From positions 198-64,197 of the forward strand of contig CACICY010000004.1 of assembly GCA_902585265.1 (NCBI GenBank): a DNA stretch of 64,000 nucleotides. Direction: 5' to 3'. Numbering within the stretch: the first letter of the stretch is position 1; each line of letters begins with the position of its first letter. This stretch comes from an uncultured Pelagibacteraceae bacterium (GTDB lineage: Bacteria > Pseudomonadota > Alphaproteobacteria > Pelagibacterales > Pelagibacteraceae). The notes beneath the pieces are model-generated. The model had not been told where the DNA came from. It saw nothing but the letters and a program-made list of their open reading frames with translations, and ran no database searches. Below are positions 40,682 to 52,066 of the stretch, piece after piece. The position numbers and the translations under genes are program-made.

Positions 40682-42601
40682 TTAGGCGCTTTTTTCTTTA
40701 TCGTCTTTTACTTCTTCAAAGTCTGCATCAACAACATTATCGTCTTTTTTCCCTTCATCTTTTGCATCTTTAGGTGCATCACCAGGTTTTGTACTTTGTT
40801 GTGATTTGTAAATAGCTTCTCCTAGTTTCATTGAAGCTTGAACCAAATCTTGAGTTTTCTTTTTAATTTCTTCTACATCAGTTCCTTTTAAAGCATTTCT
40901 TACATTGGCAGATGCATCTTCAATAGCTTTTTTATCAGCATCAGAAACTTTACTACCATGTTCTTTTAAATTCTTTTCTGTGGAATGAAGAAGAGTATCA
41001 GCTTGATTTCTTGCATCTACAGCTTCTCTTTTCTTTTTATCAGCTTCTTTATTTGTTTCAGCATCTTTAACCATTTGATTTATTTCTTCGTCACTCAAAC
41101 CACCCGATGCCTGAATTTGAATTTTTTGTTCTTTACCAGTTCCCTTATCTTTTGCAGAAACATTTACTATACCATTAGCGTCAATATCGAATGTAACTTC
41201 AATTTGAGGAACGCCTCTAGGAGCTGGTGCTATACCTACTAGTTCAAAATTACCTAAAATCTTGTTATCTGAAGCCATATCTCTTTCACCTTGTAAAACT
41301 CTAATTGAAACTGCAGGTTGGTTATCTTCTGCTGTTGAGAAAACCTGACTTTTTTTAGTTGGTATTGTTGTATTTTTTTCTATCAACTTAGTTGAAACTC
41401 CACCTAAAGTTTCTATCCCTAGTGAGAGTGGCGTAACATCTAAAAGTAATACGTCTTTTACATCTCCCTGCAAAACACCTGCTTGAATAGCAGCACCCAT
41501 TGCAACAACCTCATCAGGATTTACAGATTTGTTTGGTTCTTTTCCAAAAAAATTTTTGACTTCTTCTATTACCTTTGGCATTCTAGTCATTCCACCAACA
41601 AGTATTATTTCATCAATTTCGCTCGCACTTAATCCAGCATCTTTAAGAGCTGTTTCACAAGGTGGAATAGTTCTAGAAATAAGATCTTCAACAAGAGCCT
41701 CAAGTTTTGCTCTAGTCATCTTCATGTTTATGTGTTTTGGACCAGTTTTATCTGCTGTAATAAAAGGTAAATTAATCTCAGTTTGAGCAGCAGATGATAA
41801 TTCAATTTTTGCTTTTTCTGCAGCTTCTTTAAGTCTTTGTAAGGCTAATTTATCTGATTTTAAATCAATTCCATTTTCTTTTTTGAATTCAGTTAATAAG
41901 TAATCAACAATTGTGTTATCAAAATCTTCACCACCTAGAAAAGTATCTCCATTTGTTGATTTAACTTCAAATACTCCATCTCCTAACTCAAGAATTGATA
42001 CATCAAAAGTACCACCACCTAAATCATAAACAGCAATTTTATTGTTTGTTTTCTTATCTAAACCATATGCAAGTGATGCTGCTGTTGGTTCGTTAATAAT
42101 TCTTAAAACTTCTAAACCTGCTATTTTACCAGCATCTTTAGTTGCTTGTCTTTGTGCATCATTAAAATAAGCTGGAACAGTTATGACAGCTTGAGAAACT
42201 TCTTGACCTAAATATTTTTCAGCAGTCTCTTTCATTTTTTGAAGGGTAAAAGCTGAAATTTGAGATGGGGAATATTTATTACCTTTAGCTTCTATCCAAG
42301 CATCTCCTTTATCTGAGTTTACGATCTTAAAAGGTGCAGTTTCAACATCTTTTTTAACAGAAGGATCATCAAAATTTCTTCCAATTAATCTTTTAACAGC
42401 AAATATTGTATTTTCTGGATTAGTTACTGCTTGTCTTTTTGCAGGTTGTCCAATTAGTTTTTCATCATTATCAGAAAATGCAACTACAGAAGGTGTTGTT
42501 CTTGCACCCTCTGCATTTTCTAAAACTTTAGCTTGTGTTCCCTCCATTACAGCTACGCAAGAGTTTGTTGTTCCTAAATCTATTCCTATTACTTTGCTCA
42601 T
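40682..42601 (-). CDS. dnaK: Chaperone DnaK
   Basis: [31 protein letters not shown]. Confidence 0.99.
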   Translation of the reverse strand: MSKVIGIDLGTTNSCVAVMEGTQAKVLENAEGARTTPSVVAFSDNDEKLIGQPAKRQAVTNPENTIFAVKRLIGRNFDDPSVKKDVETAPFKIVNSDKGDAWIEAKGNKYSPSQISAFTLQKMKETAEKYLGQEVSQAVITVPAYFNDAQRQATKDAGKIAGLEVLRIINEPTAASLAYGLDKKTNNKIAVYDLGGGTFDVSILELGDGVFEVKSTNGDTFLGGEDFDNTIVDYLLTEFKKENGIDLKSDKLALQRLKEAAEKAKIELSSAAQTEINLPFITADKTGPKHINMKMTRAKLEALVEDLISRTIPPCETALKDAGLSASEIDEIILVGGMTRMPKVIEEVKNFFGKEPNKSVNPDEVVAMGAAIQAGVLQGDVKDVLLLDVTPLSLGIETLGGVSTKLIEKNTTIPTKKSQVFSTAEDNQPAVSIRVLQGERDMASDNKILGNFELVGIAPAPRGVPQIEVTFDIDANGIVNVSAKDKGTGKEQKIQIQASGGLSDEEINQMVKDAETNKEADKKKREAVDARNQADTLLHSTEKNLKEHGSKVSDADKKAIEDASANVRNALKGTDVEEIKKKTQDLVQASMKLGEAIYKSQQSTKPGDAPKDAKDEGKKDDNVVDADFEEVKDDKEKSA

Positions 42602-42620
42602 TATTTAATTCCTTACCGAC

Positions 42621-42648
42621 ATATAAGTGCTAATTGTAAGACTACAAC
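42621..42648 (-). promoter_or_regulatory. Putative RpoH promoter of dnaK
   Basis: Minus strand GTTGTA-N15-CTTATAT, followed by AAGGA RBS. Confidence 0.55.
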
Positions 42649-42680
42649 CGTCTACAAAATTTAAATTTTGGTTGATTTTA

Positions 42681-43325
42681 TTAGTTTTTTTCATCTTTTT
42701 GGTCCTCTTTTTCCACTTCTTTTGCTTTTTTCTTTGAAACACCAACTAAAGAAGGTCGCAATAATCTGTCTTTCATCATAAATCCTTTTTGTATTTCTTG
42801 AATGATAGTTCCAGGTTCTTTTGTATCATCCTCAATTTCCATCATTGCTTGATGAAGATTTGGGTCGAGTTTTTCATTAATCGATTTTACAGGTTCAATA
42901 TTATTTTTTTTAAATATTGAAAGCATATCATTATTTATAATATTCAGATGTTCTAAGATTTTTTTAAGTGCCTCTGTATCTTTTAATTTTTCATCATTCT
43001 CTAAGGCAGCTTTAGATCTTTCGAGATTATCTAATAAGTTTAGTGCTTCTTTTGCAAATGAGTATCCACCATATTCATATGCATCTTCTTTTTCTTTTTC
43101 AAATCTCCGTCTCTGATTTTCCATCTCAGCAAATGTTCTAGCTAACTTATCTTTGATTTGTTTTAATTCTTCTTCTGGTGTAAGTTTTTCAACTTCTTCT
43201 TTTTCGGATCCTGAATTTTTATCTTCACTTTCTTGATCTGCACTAGCATTTTCTACTTCTTCAGTATTTAATTCCTCCTCAGGAATACTGTCATTTGAAT
43301 TCTTTTTTAATTCATCATTGTCCAT
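42681..43325 (-). CDS. grpE: Nucleotide exchange factor GrpE
   Basis: AEMENQRRR, DNLER, DPNLHQAM, QKGF...RLLRPSLV. Confidence 0.96.
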   Translation of the reverse strand: MDNDELKKNSNDSIPEEELNTEEVENASADQESEDKNSGSEKEEVEKLTPEEELKQIKDKLARTFAEMENQRRRFEKEKEDAYEYGGYSFAKEALNLLDNLERSKAALENDEKLKDTEALKKILEHLNIINNDMLSIFKKNNIEPVKSINEKLDPNLHQAMMEIEDDTKEPGTIIQEIQKGFMMKDRLLRPSLVGVSKKKAKEVEKEDQKDEKN

Positions 43326-43332
43326 ATTGTTT

Positions 43333-43360
43333 ATATGGTAAGAAAAAGTATAATTTCTAG
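43333..43360 (-). promoter_or_regulatory. Putative RpoH promoter of grpE
   Basis: Minus strand CTAGAA-N16-CCATAT, 7 nt before the grpE ATG. Confidence 0.55.
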
Positions 43361-43963
43361 ATGGTTAAAAAAAAAATTAAAGAAATATTCATTGGCTCAA
43401 ATAATAAAGGAAAACTTAAGGAAATAGCAGATCTGCTACCTAAAAGTTTAAAAATTTACTCAAATATGGATTTTAAAATACCCAGTCCAATAGAAACTGG
43501 AACTACTTTTAATCAAAACTCTCTTTTAAAAGCAAAATATTTTTCAAAAAAAACTAATAAAATTTGTATGTCAGATGACTCAGGAATTGAGATTGATATT
43601 TTAGATAAAGCACCTGGAGTATATTCAGCAGATTGGTCAGGAAAAAAAAGAAATTTTAATTTGGCTATTAAAAAAGTTTACAGAGAAATAAAAAAAAAAG
43701 ATAAAAATTGGAAAAAAAAAAAATTGAGTGCAAGGTTTATTTGTGTACTTACTATATTTTGGCCAAATGGAAAATTTATAAGTAAAATTGGTAAAATTGA
43801 GGGACGAATATCTAATTTTAAGAGGGGAAATAATGGTTTTGGATATGATCCAATTTTTATTCCTAAAGGAAAAAGATTAACTTTTGGTGAAATGGAGCCT
43901 AAAAAAAAATATGCAATAGATCATCGTTCTATTGCATTTAAAAAAATCAAAAAATTTTTTTAA
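43361..43963 (+). CDS. rdgB: dITP/XTP pyrophosphatase (RdgB/HAM1)
   Basis: SNNKGKLKE, DDSG, PGVYSA, GFGYDPIF, HRS. Confidence 0.93.
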   Translation: MVKKKIKEIFIGSNNKGKLKEIADLLPKSLKIYSNMDFKIPSPIETGTTFNQNSLLKAKYFSKKTNKICMSDDSGIEIDILDKAPGVYSADWSGKKRNFNLAIKKVYREIKKKDKNWKKKKLSARFICVLTIFWPNGKFISKIGKIEGRISNFKRGNNGFGYDPIFIPKGKRLTFGEMEPKKKYAIDHRSIAFKKIKKFF

Positions 43964-45098
43964 ACTTATTATCTTCAATGCTATAGAAGTTAAGCTGATG
44001 TGTAATAGTATTTTTGTTTATTTCAAAAATCCCTATTTTCCCCTTAAATTTATTTTTTTTATAAAATATTTTTTTTGAAATTTTAAAATTATTTTCATAA
44101 ATAAGAAAATATACTAATCCTATTAAATCGTAACTTAAAAACGAAAGTTGATCTCCATCTAAACCATATGCATATTTAAAATCATTCATAAACAATTCAT
44201 AATTACTTTTGTTTACTGAAGGAAAGTATATTGGATGAAGAGAATTTTCTTTTAAAAGACTTTCATCAAACCATTGATTTAACGTTATATATTTAATTCT
44301 TTTTGGTGAGACATCCGTATATAGAAGAGATGTTGCAATGCTTTTCAAATTTTCGTCAAAATCAGCTATAATAACCGAGTCAAAATTAATTTTTCCAAGT
44401 GTATCCTTTTTCTTTAAATTTTGTATTTTTTTTTCTTTGTCTTTAAATGATAAGCTTTCTATTCTTTTTATTTCATATTTTAAATTATCTTTTCTTATTT
44501 GATACTTTGTTAAATCTTCAATTTGTTTGGTAAGTTTAGTTGGTTCTCTATCATAATAAAATACTTCTTTGTGTTTAATCTTTGTTTTATAGATTGCTTC
44601 CTCTATCTCTTTTTTAAACTGTGATCTTGGAATTAAAAAAAAACTTTCCGATAAACTATTTTTCTCATTAAATTTTTTTATTGTTTGTAACTGTGATACA
44701 GCATTAACTCCTGCACTAATTACATTTTTTGGATTATCGATTAACTTGTTTGTAAAAGATATAAACGTTACCTCTTTAAGATCATCTAGATATTTAGTGC
44801 TCTCATTAAAAACTGGACCTATGATTATTCTTACATTATTTTTATATAATTCTTTAGATACTTTTAAAGCATCAATGGGATTTGATTTTGTATCTCTAGG
44901 AATTATCTCAATTCTGTCGTCATTTATTTTGTTTATGGCCATTCTTGTTGCCTTTATGATTCTTTCACCAATAAAAGAATTTTCACCACTTAATGGAATA
45001 ATTAATCCAATCTTAATTTTTTCAGATGCAAGTATATTTTGATTAAAAAGGCAGACACCTAATGTAGAAAATATTAATAATTTAATTAAAGTTTTCAT
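43947..45098 (-). CDS. LppC/LpoA-like periplasmic binding-fold protein (penicillin-binding protein activator family)
   Basis: Signal peptide; KIGLIIPLSG, DT, IIIGPVF; divergent from rsmI as in the conserved lpoA-rsmI arrangement. Confidence 0.65.
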   Translation of the reverse strand: MKTLIKLLIFSTLGVCLFNQNILASEKIKIGLIIPLSGENSFIGERIIKATRMAINKINDDRIEIIPRDTKSNPIDALKVSKELYKNNVRIIIGPVFNESTKYLDDLKEVTFISFTNKLIDNPKNVISAGVNAVSQLQTIKKFNEKNSLSESFFLIPRSQFKKEIEEAIYKTKIKHKEVFYYDREPTKLTKQIEDLTKYQIRKDNLKYEIKRIESLSFKDKEKKIQNLKKKDTLGKINFDSVIIADFDENLKSIATSLLYTDVSPKRIKYITLNQWFDESLLKENSLHPIYFPSVNKSNYELFMNDFKYAYGLDGDQLSFLSYDLIGLVYFLIYENNFKISKKIFYKKNKFKGKIGIFEINKNTITHQLNFYSIEDNKFKKIF

Positions 45099-45134
45099 TT
45101 AAGTTTTAATAATATATTTAATTAAATAATTCAT

Positions 45135-45986
45135 ATGAATTTAAACAATAATAAATTTAAACCTGGGCTATATTGTGTTGCAACACCAATTGGAAATATG
45201 GGTGATATTTCATTCAGAGCAGTTAAAATCCTCCAAGAGTCTAATTTAATTTTATGTGAAGATACTAGAGTTACAAAAAAAATACTCCAGAAATTTGAAA
45301 TTAATAATAAACTTATCTCAAATCATAAGTTCAATGAAAATAAAAATTTAGAAAAAGTTATAGAAACTCTTAAAGATAATAAAATAGTATCAATTGTTTC
45401 AGATGCAGGAACACCTGCTATTTCTGATCCTGGAAGAATTCTAGTAAAGGAGTGTGTTAAAAATAATGTAGAAATCTTTCCTATACCAGGTGCTTCTGCT
45501 GTAAGTGCTGCAATATCAATAAGTGGATTTTCAGATAATTTTTATTTCTGTGGTTTTCTTCCAGAAAAGCAAAGTCAAATTAAAAAACTATTTAAAAATT
45601 TATCAATACTAGAGAGTTCAATTATATTTTTTATATCTCCAAATAAACTTGATAAAAGAATTAATGATATAAAAGAATTTTTTATTAACAGAGACATTTT
45701 AATTTGTAGAGAAATTACAAAATATCATGAAGAATATATTAGAACTCCAGTAAATGAATTGTCAAATTTAAATTTTTCAAGAAAAGGAGAATTAACAATT
45801 GTTATTTCTGAAATAAAAAAAGAAAAATTAAGTTTTAAAGAGCTCGAAGAATCAGATAAAGAAAAAATTAATAAATTAATAAAAAAAATGTCTATAAAAG
45901 ATATCGTTACGAAAATTTCACAAGATAGAAAAATTTCAAAAAAACTTATATATAATTACTGTCTTCAGATAAAGAATGAAAATTAA
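45135..45986 (+). CDS. rsmI: 16S rRNA C1402 2'-O-methyltransferase
   Basis: VATPIGN, CEDTR, SDAGTPAISDPG, PIPGASA, REITK. Confidence 0.96.
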   Translation: MNLNNNKFKPGLYCVATPIGNMGDISFRAVKILQESNLILCEDTRVTKKILQKFEINNKLISNHKFNENKNLEKVIETLKDNKIVSIVSDAGTPAISDPGRILVKECVKNNVEIFPIPGASAVSAAISISGFSDNFYFCGFLPEKQSQIKKLFKNLSILESSIIFFISPNKLDKRINDIKEFFINRDILICREITKYHEEYIRTPVNELSNLNFSRKGELTIVISEIKKEKLSFKELEESDKEKINKLIKKMSIKDIVTKISQDRKISKKLIYNYCLQIKNEN

Positions 45987-46569
45987 AAAAATTATTATAT
46001 TATTAAGTTTTATAATCTTTACAGGTTGTGTTGGCTATTCATCTACTGGAGTATTGGGAACCGGAGTATCTATTGCTTTAGATCCAAGAAGTCTTGGTAC
46101 TCAAATAGATGACTCGATTATGCAACAAAATTTAAGAGCAAAGTTAATAACTGAAGATAAACGTTATATTATTTCGGTAAAAACAAAAATTCTTGATGGA
46201 AGAATATTTCTTACTGGGAAAGTAAATTCTGTTGAAGATAAATTAAATATTACAAAATTAGCGTGGGAAATTAAAGGTGCGAGATCAGTTAACAATGATT
46301 TACAGATAAAAGAAAAATTTAATTTCAAAAGGTCTGCAAAAGACCTACTTATAACATCACAGTTAAGAGCAGCTTTAATCGGAAGTAAAAAGATTAAAGC
46401 AGTTAATTATAATATCGATACTTACAAAAAGAAAATTTATGTTTATGGAATAGCACAAAATAAAACTGAGAGAGATGAAGTCATTAATGAAGCTAAACAA
46501 ATTTTAGATGTTGAGGATGTGGTTACAAGTATTTTCTTAGTTGACGATTTGAGAGTTGTTAAAAAATAA
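45976..46569 (+). CDS. Dual BON-domain lipoprotein (DolP/YraP-like)
   Basis: Lipobox FTGC; DPRSLGTQIDD; two BON repeats. Confidence 0.85.
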   Translation: MKIKKIIILLSFIIFTGCVGYSSTGVLGTGVSIALDPRSLGTQIDDSIMQQNLRAKLITEDKRYIISVKTKILDGRIFLTGKVNSVEDKLNITKLAWEIKGARSVNNDLQIKEKFNFKRSAKDLLITSQLRAALIGSKKIKAVNYNIDTYKKKIYVYGIAQNKTERDEVINEAKQILDVEDVVTSIFLVDDLRVVKK

Positions 46570-46576
46570 CAAATAT

Positions 46577-48865
46577 TTATTTTGTTTTTTGATATTTAAT
46601 TACCCCAGCTGAGTAAGCTGCAACTGATGCTAAATCTAATATATCCGAGGTTGAAGATCTTAATGGTGCAATCTCTATTGGTTGAGCTAGACCTATTAAT
46701 AATGGACCAATTACTTTAGCACCACCTAATGTTTTCATAATTTTATTTGAAATTGCTGCACTATGTTGACCAGGCATTATTAAAATATTAGCATTTCCAA
46801 CTATTTCTGAAAAAGGATATAAATCAGAATATTCTCCATTAAGAGCAACATCTGGTTGCATGTCCCCATCAAATTTAAAATCTACTTTTCTTTTTTTTAA
46901 TATTTCTACAGCATCCCTTATATGTTTTGTTCTACTAGTTATTGGTTGTCCAAATGTTGAATGAGATAAAAATGCTATCTTGGGATCAAATCCAAATAAT
47001 CTCACAACTCTTGCTGATGAAATTGCTATATCAGCCAATTCCTCAGAGGAAGGATATTCATTTACTGATGTGTCTCCAATAAATACAGTCTTTCCTTTAC
47101 TTACTACCATGTTTAATCCAAACATGATTTCACCTTTTCTAGCAGGAATTACTTTTTTAATTTTTTCTAACGATTGGGAATATCTTCTTGTATTGCCAGT
47201 AACCATTGCATCTGCATCTCCACATTCAACCATACAGGATGACCAAATAACTCTATCATTTCTGATCATTCTGTCACAATCCCTCTCAAGTAAACCATGA
47301 TCTCTATGCATTTTCTTAAAGAGAAATTTTACATATTTATCTCTCATTTTTTTATCAGTAGAATTAATTATTTTAATATCTAAATTTTCTCCATATCCAA
47401 TTTCTTTTAATCTTTGTTTAACAACATTTTCTTTTGCAACAATTATAGGAGTTCCTAAACCGCTATTTTTAAAAGCAATTGCAGCTTTTAAAGTATTTTC
47501 GTCCTCCCCATCAGCGAATACTACAGTTTTTTGATTTTTTTTAACTTTAGAATTTATTCCCTGCAGAATAGTTACCGATGGGTCTAATCTTTGTTTCAAT
47601 TGTTCAGAGTAAAGGTTAAAATTTTCGATTTTTTTTCTAGCAACACCACTTTTTATTGCAGCTTTTGCTACTGCTACTGGAATTACACTTATTAATCTTG
47701 GATCAAATGTAGAAGGAATAATATAATCTTTACCATATTTAGGTCTATCCCCTCCCATTGCTGCTGCAACTTCATCTGGAACTCTTTCTCTAGCTAATTT
47801 TGCGATTGCATTAGCTGCAGCAATTTTCATTTCCTCATTTATTGTTTTTGCTCTAACATCAAGTGCCCCTCTAAATATGTAAGGAAAACCAATTAAATTA
47901 TTAACTTGGTTTGCATAATCTGACCTACCTGTTGCTATTATTGCATCTTTTCTAATTTTATACGCTTCTTCTGGTAAAATTTCTGGATCAGGATTAGCAC
48001 ATGCAAGTATAATTGGATTTCTTGCCATTTTTTTTATCATTTCTTTCTTCAGAATACCGGCTGACGATAATCCTAAAAAAACATCTGCATTTTTTAAAGC
48101 ATCACTCAGAGTTTTATCTTTTGTTTTTTTTGCATATTTTAATTTCCATTTATTTAATCCTTTTCTATCAAAGCTAATAACCCCTTTACTGTCTATCATT
48201 GTTAAATTATTTTTCATTACTCCTAATGTTAAAAATAGATCTGAGCATGCCATTGCAGATGCACCTGCACCATTTACAACTACTTTTATTTTAGAAATTT
48301 TTTTTTTTGTAATATGTATTGAATTAATCAGTGCTGCTGACGTAATTATCGCTGTTCCATGTTGATCATCATGAAATACTGGAATATCGAGTATTTTTTT
48401 TAAATTTTCCTCAATTATAAAACAGTCTGGAGCAGCAATATCTTCAAGGTTAATTCCTCCAAAACTAACAGCAAAGTTTTTTATACTATTAACTATTTCC
48501 TTAGGATCTTTGCTGTCAATTTCTAAATCAATTGCGTCTATATCTGCAAATCTTTTAAATAACACTGCTTTACCCTCCATTACAGGTTTTGAGGCAATTG
48601 CTCCTAAATTTCCCAATCCTAAAATTGCGGATCCATTACTTATTACTGCAACTAAATTTCCCTTGGTTGTATAATCGTATGCTCTCTCAGAGTTTTTATA
48701 AATTTCTTTAACTGGCGCTGCTACTCCTGGAGAATAAGCTAAAGCTAAGTCTCTTTTTGATGTCATCGGTTTTGACGAATTTATCTCAATCTTGCCAGAT
48801 TTATTTGAATTATGAAATTCAAGAGCCTCTTTATCTGAATAATGTTCAATTTTATTTTTTTTCAT
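46577..48865 (-). CDS. maeB: NADP-dependent malic enzyme with phosphotransacetylase-like domain
   Basis: LAYSPGVA, KPVMEGK, FHDDQHGT, ANPDPEI, C-terminal PTA-like domain (DGDMQPD). Confidence 0.96.
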   Translation of the reverse strand: MKKNKIEHYSDKEALEFHNSNKSGKIEINSSKPMTSKRDLALAYSPGVAAPVKEIYKNSERAYDYTTKGNLVAVISNGSAILGLGNLGAIASKPVMEGKAVLFKRFADIDAIDLEIDSKDPKEIVNSIKNFAVSFGGINLEDIAAPDCFIIEENLKKILDIPVFHDDQHGTAIITSAALINSIHITKKKISKIKVVVNGAGASAMACSDLFLTLGVMKNNLTMIDSKGVISFDRKGLNKWKLKYAKKTKDKTLSDALKNADVFLGLSSAGILKKEMIKKMARNPIILACANPDPEILPEEAYKIRKDAIIATGRSDYANQVNNLIGFPYIFRGALDVRAKTINEEMKIAAANAIAKLARERVPDEVAAAMGGDRPKYGKDYIIPSTFDPRLISVIPVAVAKAAIKSGVARKKIENFNLYSEQLKQRLDPSVTILQGINSKVKKNQKTVVFADGEDENTLKAAIAFKNSGLGTPIIVAKENVVKQRLKEIGYGENLDIKIINSTDKKMRDKYVKFLFKKMHRDHGLLERDCDRMIRNDRVIWSSCMVECGDADAMVTGNTRRYSQSLEKIKKVIPARKGEIMFGLNMVVSKGKTVFIGDTSVNEYPSSEELADIAISSARVVRLFGFDPKIAFLSHSTFGQPITSRTKHIRDAVEILKKRKVDFKFDGDMQPDVALNGEYSDLYPFSEIVGNANILIMPGQHSAAISNKIMKTLGGAKVIGPLLIGLAQPIEIAPLRSSTSDILDLASVAAYSAGVIKYQKTK

Positions 48866-48914
48866 TAGCTAAATTAAATATACTATTAAGGTAAATTTAG
48901 GACTAATATGATTT

Positions 48915-50444
48915 ATGAACCTCATTAAGTCAACAAGCACCTTTAGTCTATTTGTATTATTAAGTAGAGTTCTTGGTTACTTAAGAGATTTTTTTATAGC
49001 TATTTACCTTGGATCAGGCCCTTTAGCAGATGCTTTTTTTGTTGCTTTTAGAATTCCAAATACTTTCAGAAGATTATTTTCAGAAGGAACCTTTAATGCA
49101 GCTTTTGTTCCTTCTTATTCTTCAGAGCTTATTAAAGGAAAAAAAAATGCAAATTCATTTGCTAACACAATTTTAAATTTATTGATGCTAGGATTGTTCT
49201 TTACAATTTTAATAATTGAAATATTTATGCCATCATTTATTAAAATTATTGCACCAGGATTTACAAATGACACAGAAAAATTAAACGTTGCGATTGATTT
49301 AACTAGAATTACCTTTCCATTTTTGTTTTTCATTTGCTTAGCATCCTTTTTTTCAGCAATATTAAACTCACATAATAAATTTGCTGCAGCAGCAGCAGCA
49401 CCAATTATTCTAAATATATTATTAATATTTTGTTTGTTATATGCCGAAAATTTAAATGATAATCTGGTTTATTACTTGTCTTATACCATCACACTTGCTG
49501 GACTTATTCAATTTATTTTCTTATTAATATTTGTTAAGAAATATTTTGTTATAAACATAAATTTTAATTTTAGAATAAACGAGAAAGTTAAAAATTTTTT
49601 TAGTAAACTTTTACCAAGTATATTTTCATCAGGTGTCACTCAAATAAACATCCTAGTTGGGACAATTATTGCATCTTTTCAGGCAAGTGCTGTTTCCTAT
49701 TTATATTATGCAGACAGAATTTATCAGATAAACTTAGCTATAGCTGGTATTGCTATAGGGACAGTAATACTTCCAAATCTAAGTAGACATATTAAAAGCA
49801 ATAACTCTATTAAAACAAAAGAATTACAAAATAAAGCTTTAGAGCTAAGTTTATTTTTAAGTTTGCCAGCATCATTTGCTTTAATGGTCGGTTCAGAACA
49901 AATAACATCTGCATTATTTGGTTATGGCTCCTTTGATCAGTTGACAGTTAGTAATTCTGCAAAAGCTCTCTTCTATTTTTCTTTTGGACTTCCTGCATTT
50001 TCTTTAATCAAGATTTTTTCTACTTTTTTGTTTGCAAGAAATGATACAAAAACACCATTTAAGTATTCTTTAATTTCAGTAATTTTAAATATAATTATTA
50101 GTTTAACTTTTTTTCCACAAATTGGTTTTATTATAATACCAATCGCAACAACTATCTCTTCCTGGTTTAATGGATTAATTTTATTGGTTTATGTGACTAA
50201 CAAAAATTACTTTAAATTTAGTTCTAGTTTTATTAAGCAAATAACAAAAATCATTTTCTCAAACATAATTGCGATTTTTATATTTTATATTTTAATAAAT
50301 ATTCTTGGAACCTACTTAGATTATGAAAATAATTATAAATTTATTTTTATTATATTGATTGTTTTATTAACTTTCGTTTCATACATCGGATTTTCTATTA
50401 TTATAAAAGCCTTTAAAATTTCAGATATTAATTTAAAGTATTAA
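48915..50444 (+). CDS. murJ: Lipid II flippase MurJ (MviN)
   Basis: SRVLGYLRD, AFRIPNTFRRLFSEG, YYADRI; multiple TM segments. Confidence 0.96.
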   Translation: MNLIKSTSTFSLFVLLSRVLGYLRDFFIAIYLGSGPLADAFFVAFRIPNTFRRLFSEGTFNAAFVPSYSSELIKGKKNANSFANTILNLLMLGLFFTILIIEIFMPSFIKIIAPGFTNDTEKLNVAIDLTRITFPFLFFICLASFFSAILNSHNKFAAAAAAPIILNILLIFCLLYAENLNDNLVYYLSYTITLAGLIQFIFLLIFVKKYFVININFNFRINEKVKNFFSKLLPSIFSSGVTQINILVGTIIASFQASAVSYLYYADRIYQINLAIAGIAIGTVILPNLSRHIKSNNSIKTKELQNKALELSLFLSLPASFALMVGSEQITSALFGYGSFDQLTVSNSAKALFYFSFGLPAFSLIKIFSTFLFARNDTKTPFKYSLISVILNIIISLTFFPQIGFIIIPIATTISSWFNGLILLVYVTNKNYFKFSSSFIKQITKIIFSNIIAIFIFYILINILGTYLDYENNYKFIFIILIVLLTFVSYIGFSIIIKAFKISDINLKY

Positions 50445-50447
50445 AAA

Positions 50448-51449
50448 ATGTCCAAAAAAATATTCTCTGGCGTTCAGCCTACTGGCAATCTTCATTTAGG
50501 TAACTATCTCGGAGCTATTAAAAATTTTGTAGATTTAAATAATGATAATCAAAATGAATGTATTTTTTGTGTTGTAGATTTGCATGCAATTACTGTTAAG
50601 CAAGATAAGGATCAATTAAAGAATAATATTCGTGAAACAACTGCAACATTTATAGCAAGCGGTATTGATTCAAGTAAAAGTATTATTTTTAATCAATCAA
50701 AAGTTCATGCACATGCAGAGGGCTCATGGATTTTGAGTTGTATGGCTCCAATGGGTTGGTTAAATAGAATGACACAATTTAAAGAAAAAGCTGGAAAGGA
50801 TAAGGAAAAGGCTTCAGTTGGTTTGTATATTTATCCTATATTAATGGCTAGTGATATATTACTTTATGATGCTACGCATGTCCCTGTTGGAGAGGATCAG
50901 AAACAACATTTAGAATTAACAAGAGACATAGCTCAAAAATTTAATAAAGATTTTGACTGTGAAGATTTTTTAAGGGTTCCAGAACCATTAATAAAAAAAG
51001 ATTTTTCAAGAATAATGAGTTTAAAAGACGGTTTAAAAAAAATGAGTAAATCAGATCCATCAGATCTTAGTAGAATTAATTTAACCGATACAAAAGACCA
51101 AATTATAAATAAAATTAAAAAAGCTAAAACAGACTCTTTCCCTCTTCCTAATGAAGAGCACAAATTAAAAGATAGGCCAGAGGCTGAAAATTTACTTGGA
51201 ATATATTCTAGTGTTTTAAATCAAACTTTAGATAAAACTTTAGATGAATTTGGTGGAAAAAATTTTTCGGATCTAAAAAGTCAATTAGCTGAAGTTCTAT
51301 CAAGTAAAATTTCCCCAATTTCCGATGAGATAAAAAAATTGATCAATGATCAAAATTATTTAGATAAAGTTCTTGCAGAGGGAGCAAATAAGGCTAATGA
51401 AATCGCAGGAAAAAAAATAAAAGAAATGAAGAAAATAATAGGATTTTAA
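50448..51449 (+). CDS. trpS: Tryptophan--tRNA ligase
   Basis: [31 protein letters not shown]. Confidence 0.98.
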   Translation: MSKKIFSGVQPTGNLHLGNYLGAIKNFVDLNNDNQNECIFCVVDLHAITVKQDKDQLKNNIRETTATFIASGIDSSKSIIFNQSKVHAHAEGSWILSCMAPMGWLNRMTQFKEKAGKDKEKASVGLYIYPILMASDILLYDATHVPVGEDQKQHLELTRDIAQKFNKDFDCEDFLRVPEPLIKKDFSRIMSLKDGLKKMSKSDPSDLSRINLTDTKDQIINKIKKAKTDSFPLPNEEHKLKDRPEAENLLGIYSSVLNQTLDKTLDEFGGKNFSDLKSQLAEVLSSKISPISDEIKKLINDQNYLDKVLAEGANKANEIAGKKIKEMKKIIGF

Positions 51450-51487
51450 ATTCTTTAAATTTAAGAATTTATGGCTATATAAGAAGT

Positions 51488-52030
51488 ATGTTTATTCGAA
51501 CCCAGGAAACTCCAAACCCAAATTCTCTTAAATTCCTTCCAGGTAAAAGGGTATCAAGCGATGGCCCTTACGAATTTTTAAATGTGGACCAAACAGAAAT
51601 TCCTTTATTAAAAAATATTTTATCAATTAATGGTGTAACAGGAATATTTTTGAGTGAGGATTTTCTATCAATTAATAAAATTCAAAGTGAAAAATGGGAA
51701 AATATAAAGCATATTGTTATTTCACATTTAAACGAATTTTATGATGAAGGTAATGAGTTTATTATAAATAAAAAGTCAGAATTAACCGATAGCAATGATT
51801 ATGGTGAAATTGAAAATAAAATTATTAAAATATTAGAAACTAAAATTAGGCCAGCTGTAGCGAGAGATGGTGGAGATATAACATTTAAAGAATTTAAAGA
51901 TGGAAAAGTTACAGTTATGTTAAAAGGTAGTTGTTCTGGATGCCCCTCTTCAACTTTAACTTTAAAACAAGGTGTCCAAAACCTACTTTGTCATTATATC
52001 CCAGAAGTTAAAGAAGTTTTAGCTGTATAA
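51488..52030 (+). CDS. NifU/NFU1-type Fe-S cluster carrier (Nfu_N + NifU domains)
   Basis: TPNPNSLKF; IRPAVARDGGD; GSCSGCPSS. Confidence 0.92.
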   Translation: MFIRTQETPNPNSLKFLPGKRVSSDGPYEFLNVDQTEIPLLKNILSINGVTGIFLSEDFLSINKIQSEKWENIKHIVISHLNEFYDEGNEFIINKKSELTDSNDYGEIENKIIKILETKIRPAVARDGGDITFKEFKDGKVTVMLKGSCSGCPSSTLTLKQGVQNLLCHYIPEVKEVLAV

Positions 52031-52066
52031 TATCATTTCTATCAATTATAAGAATTAAAAAAAGTT

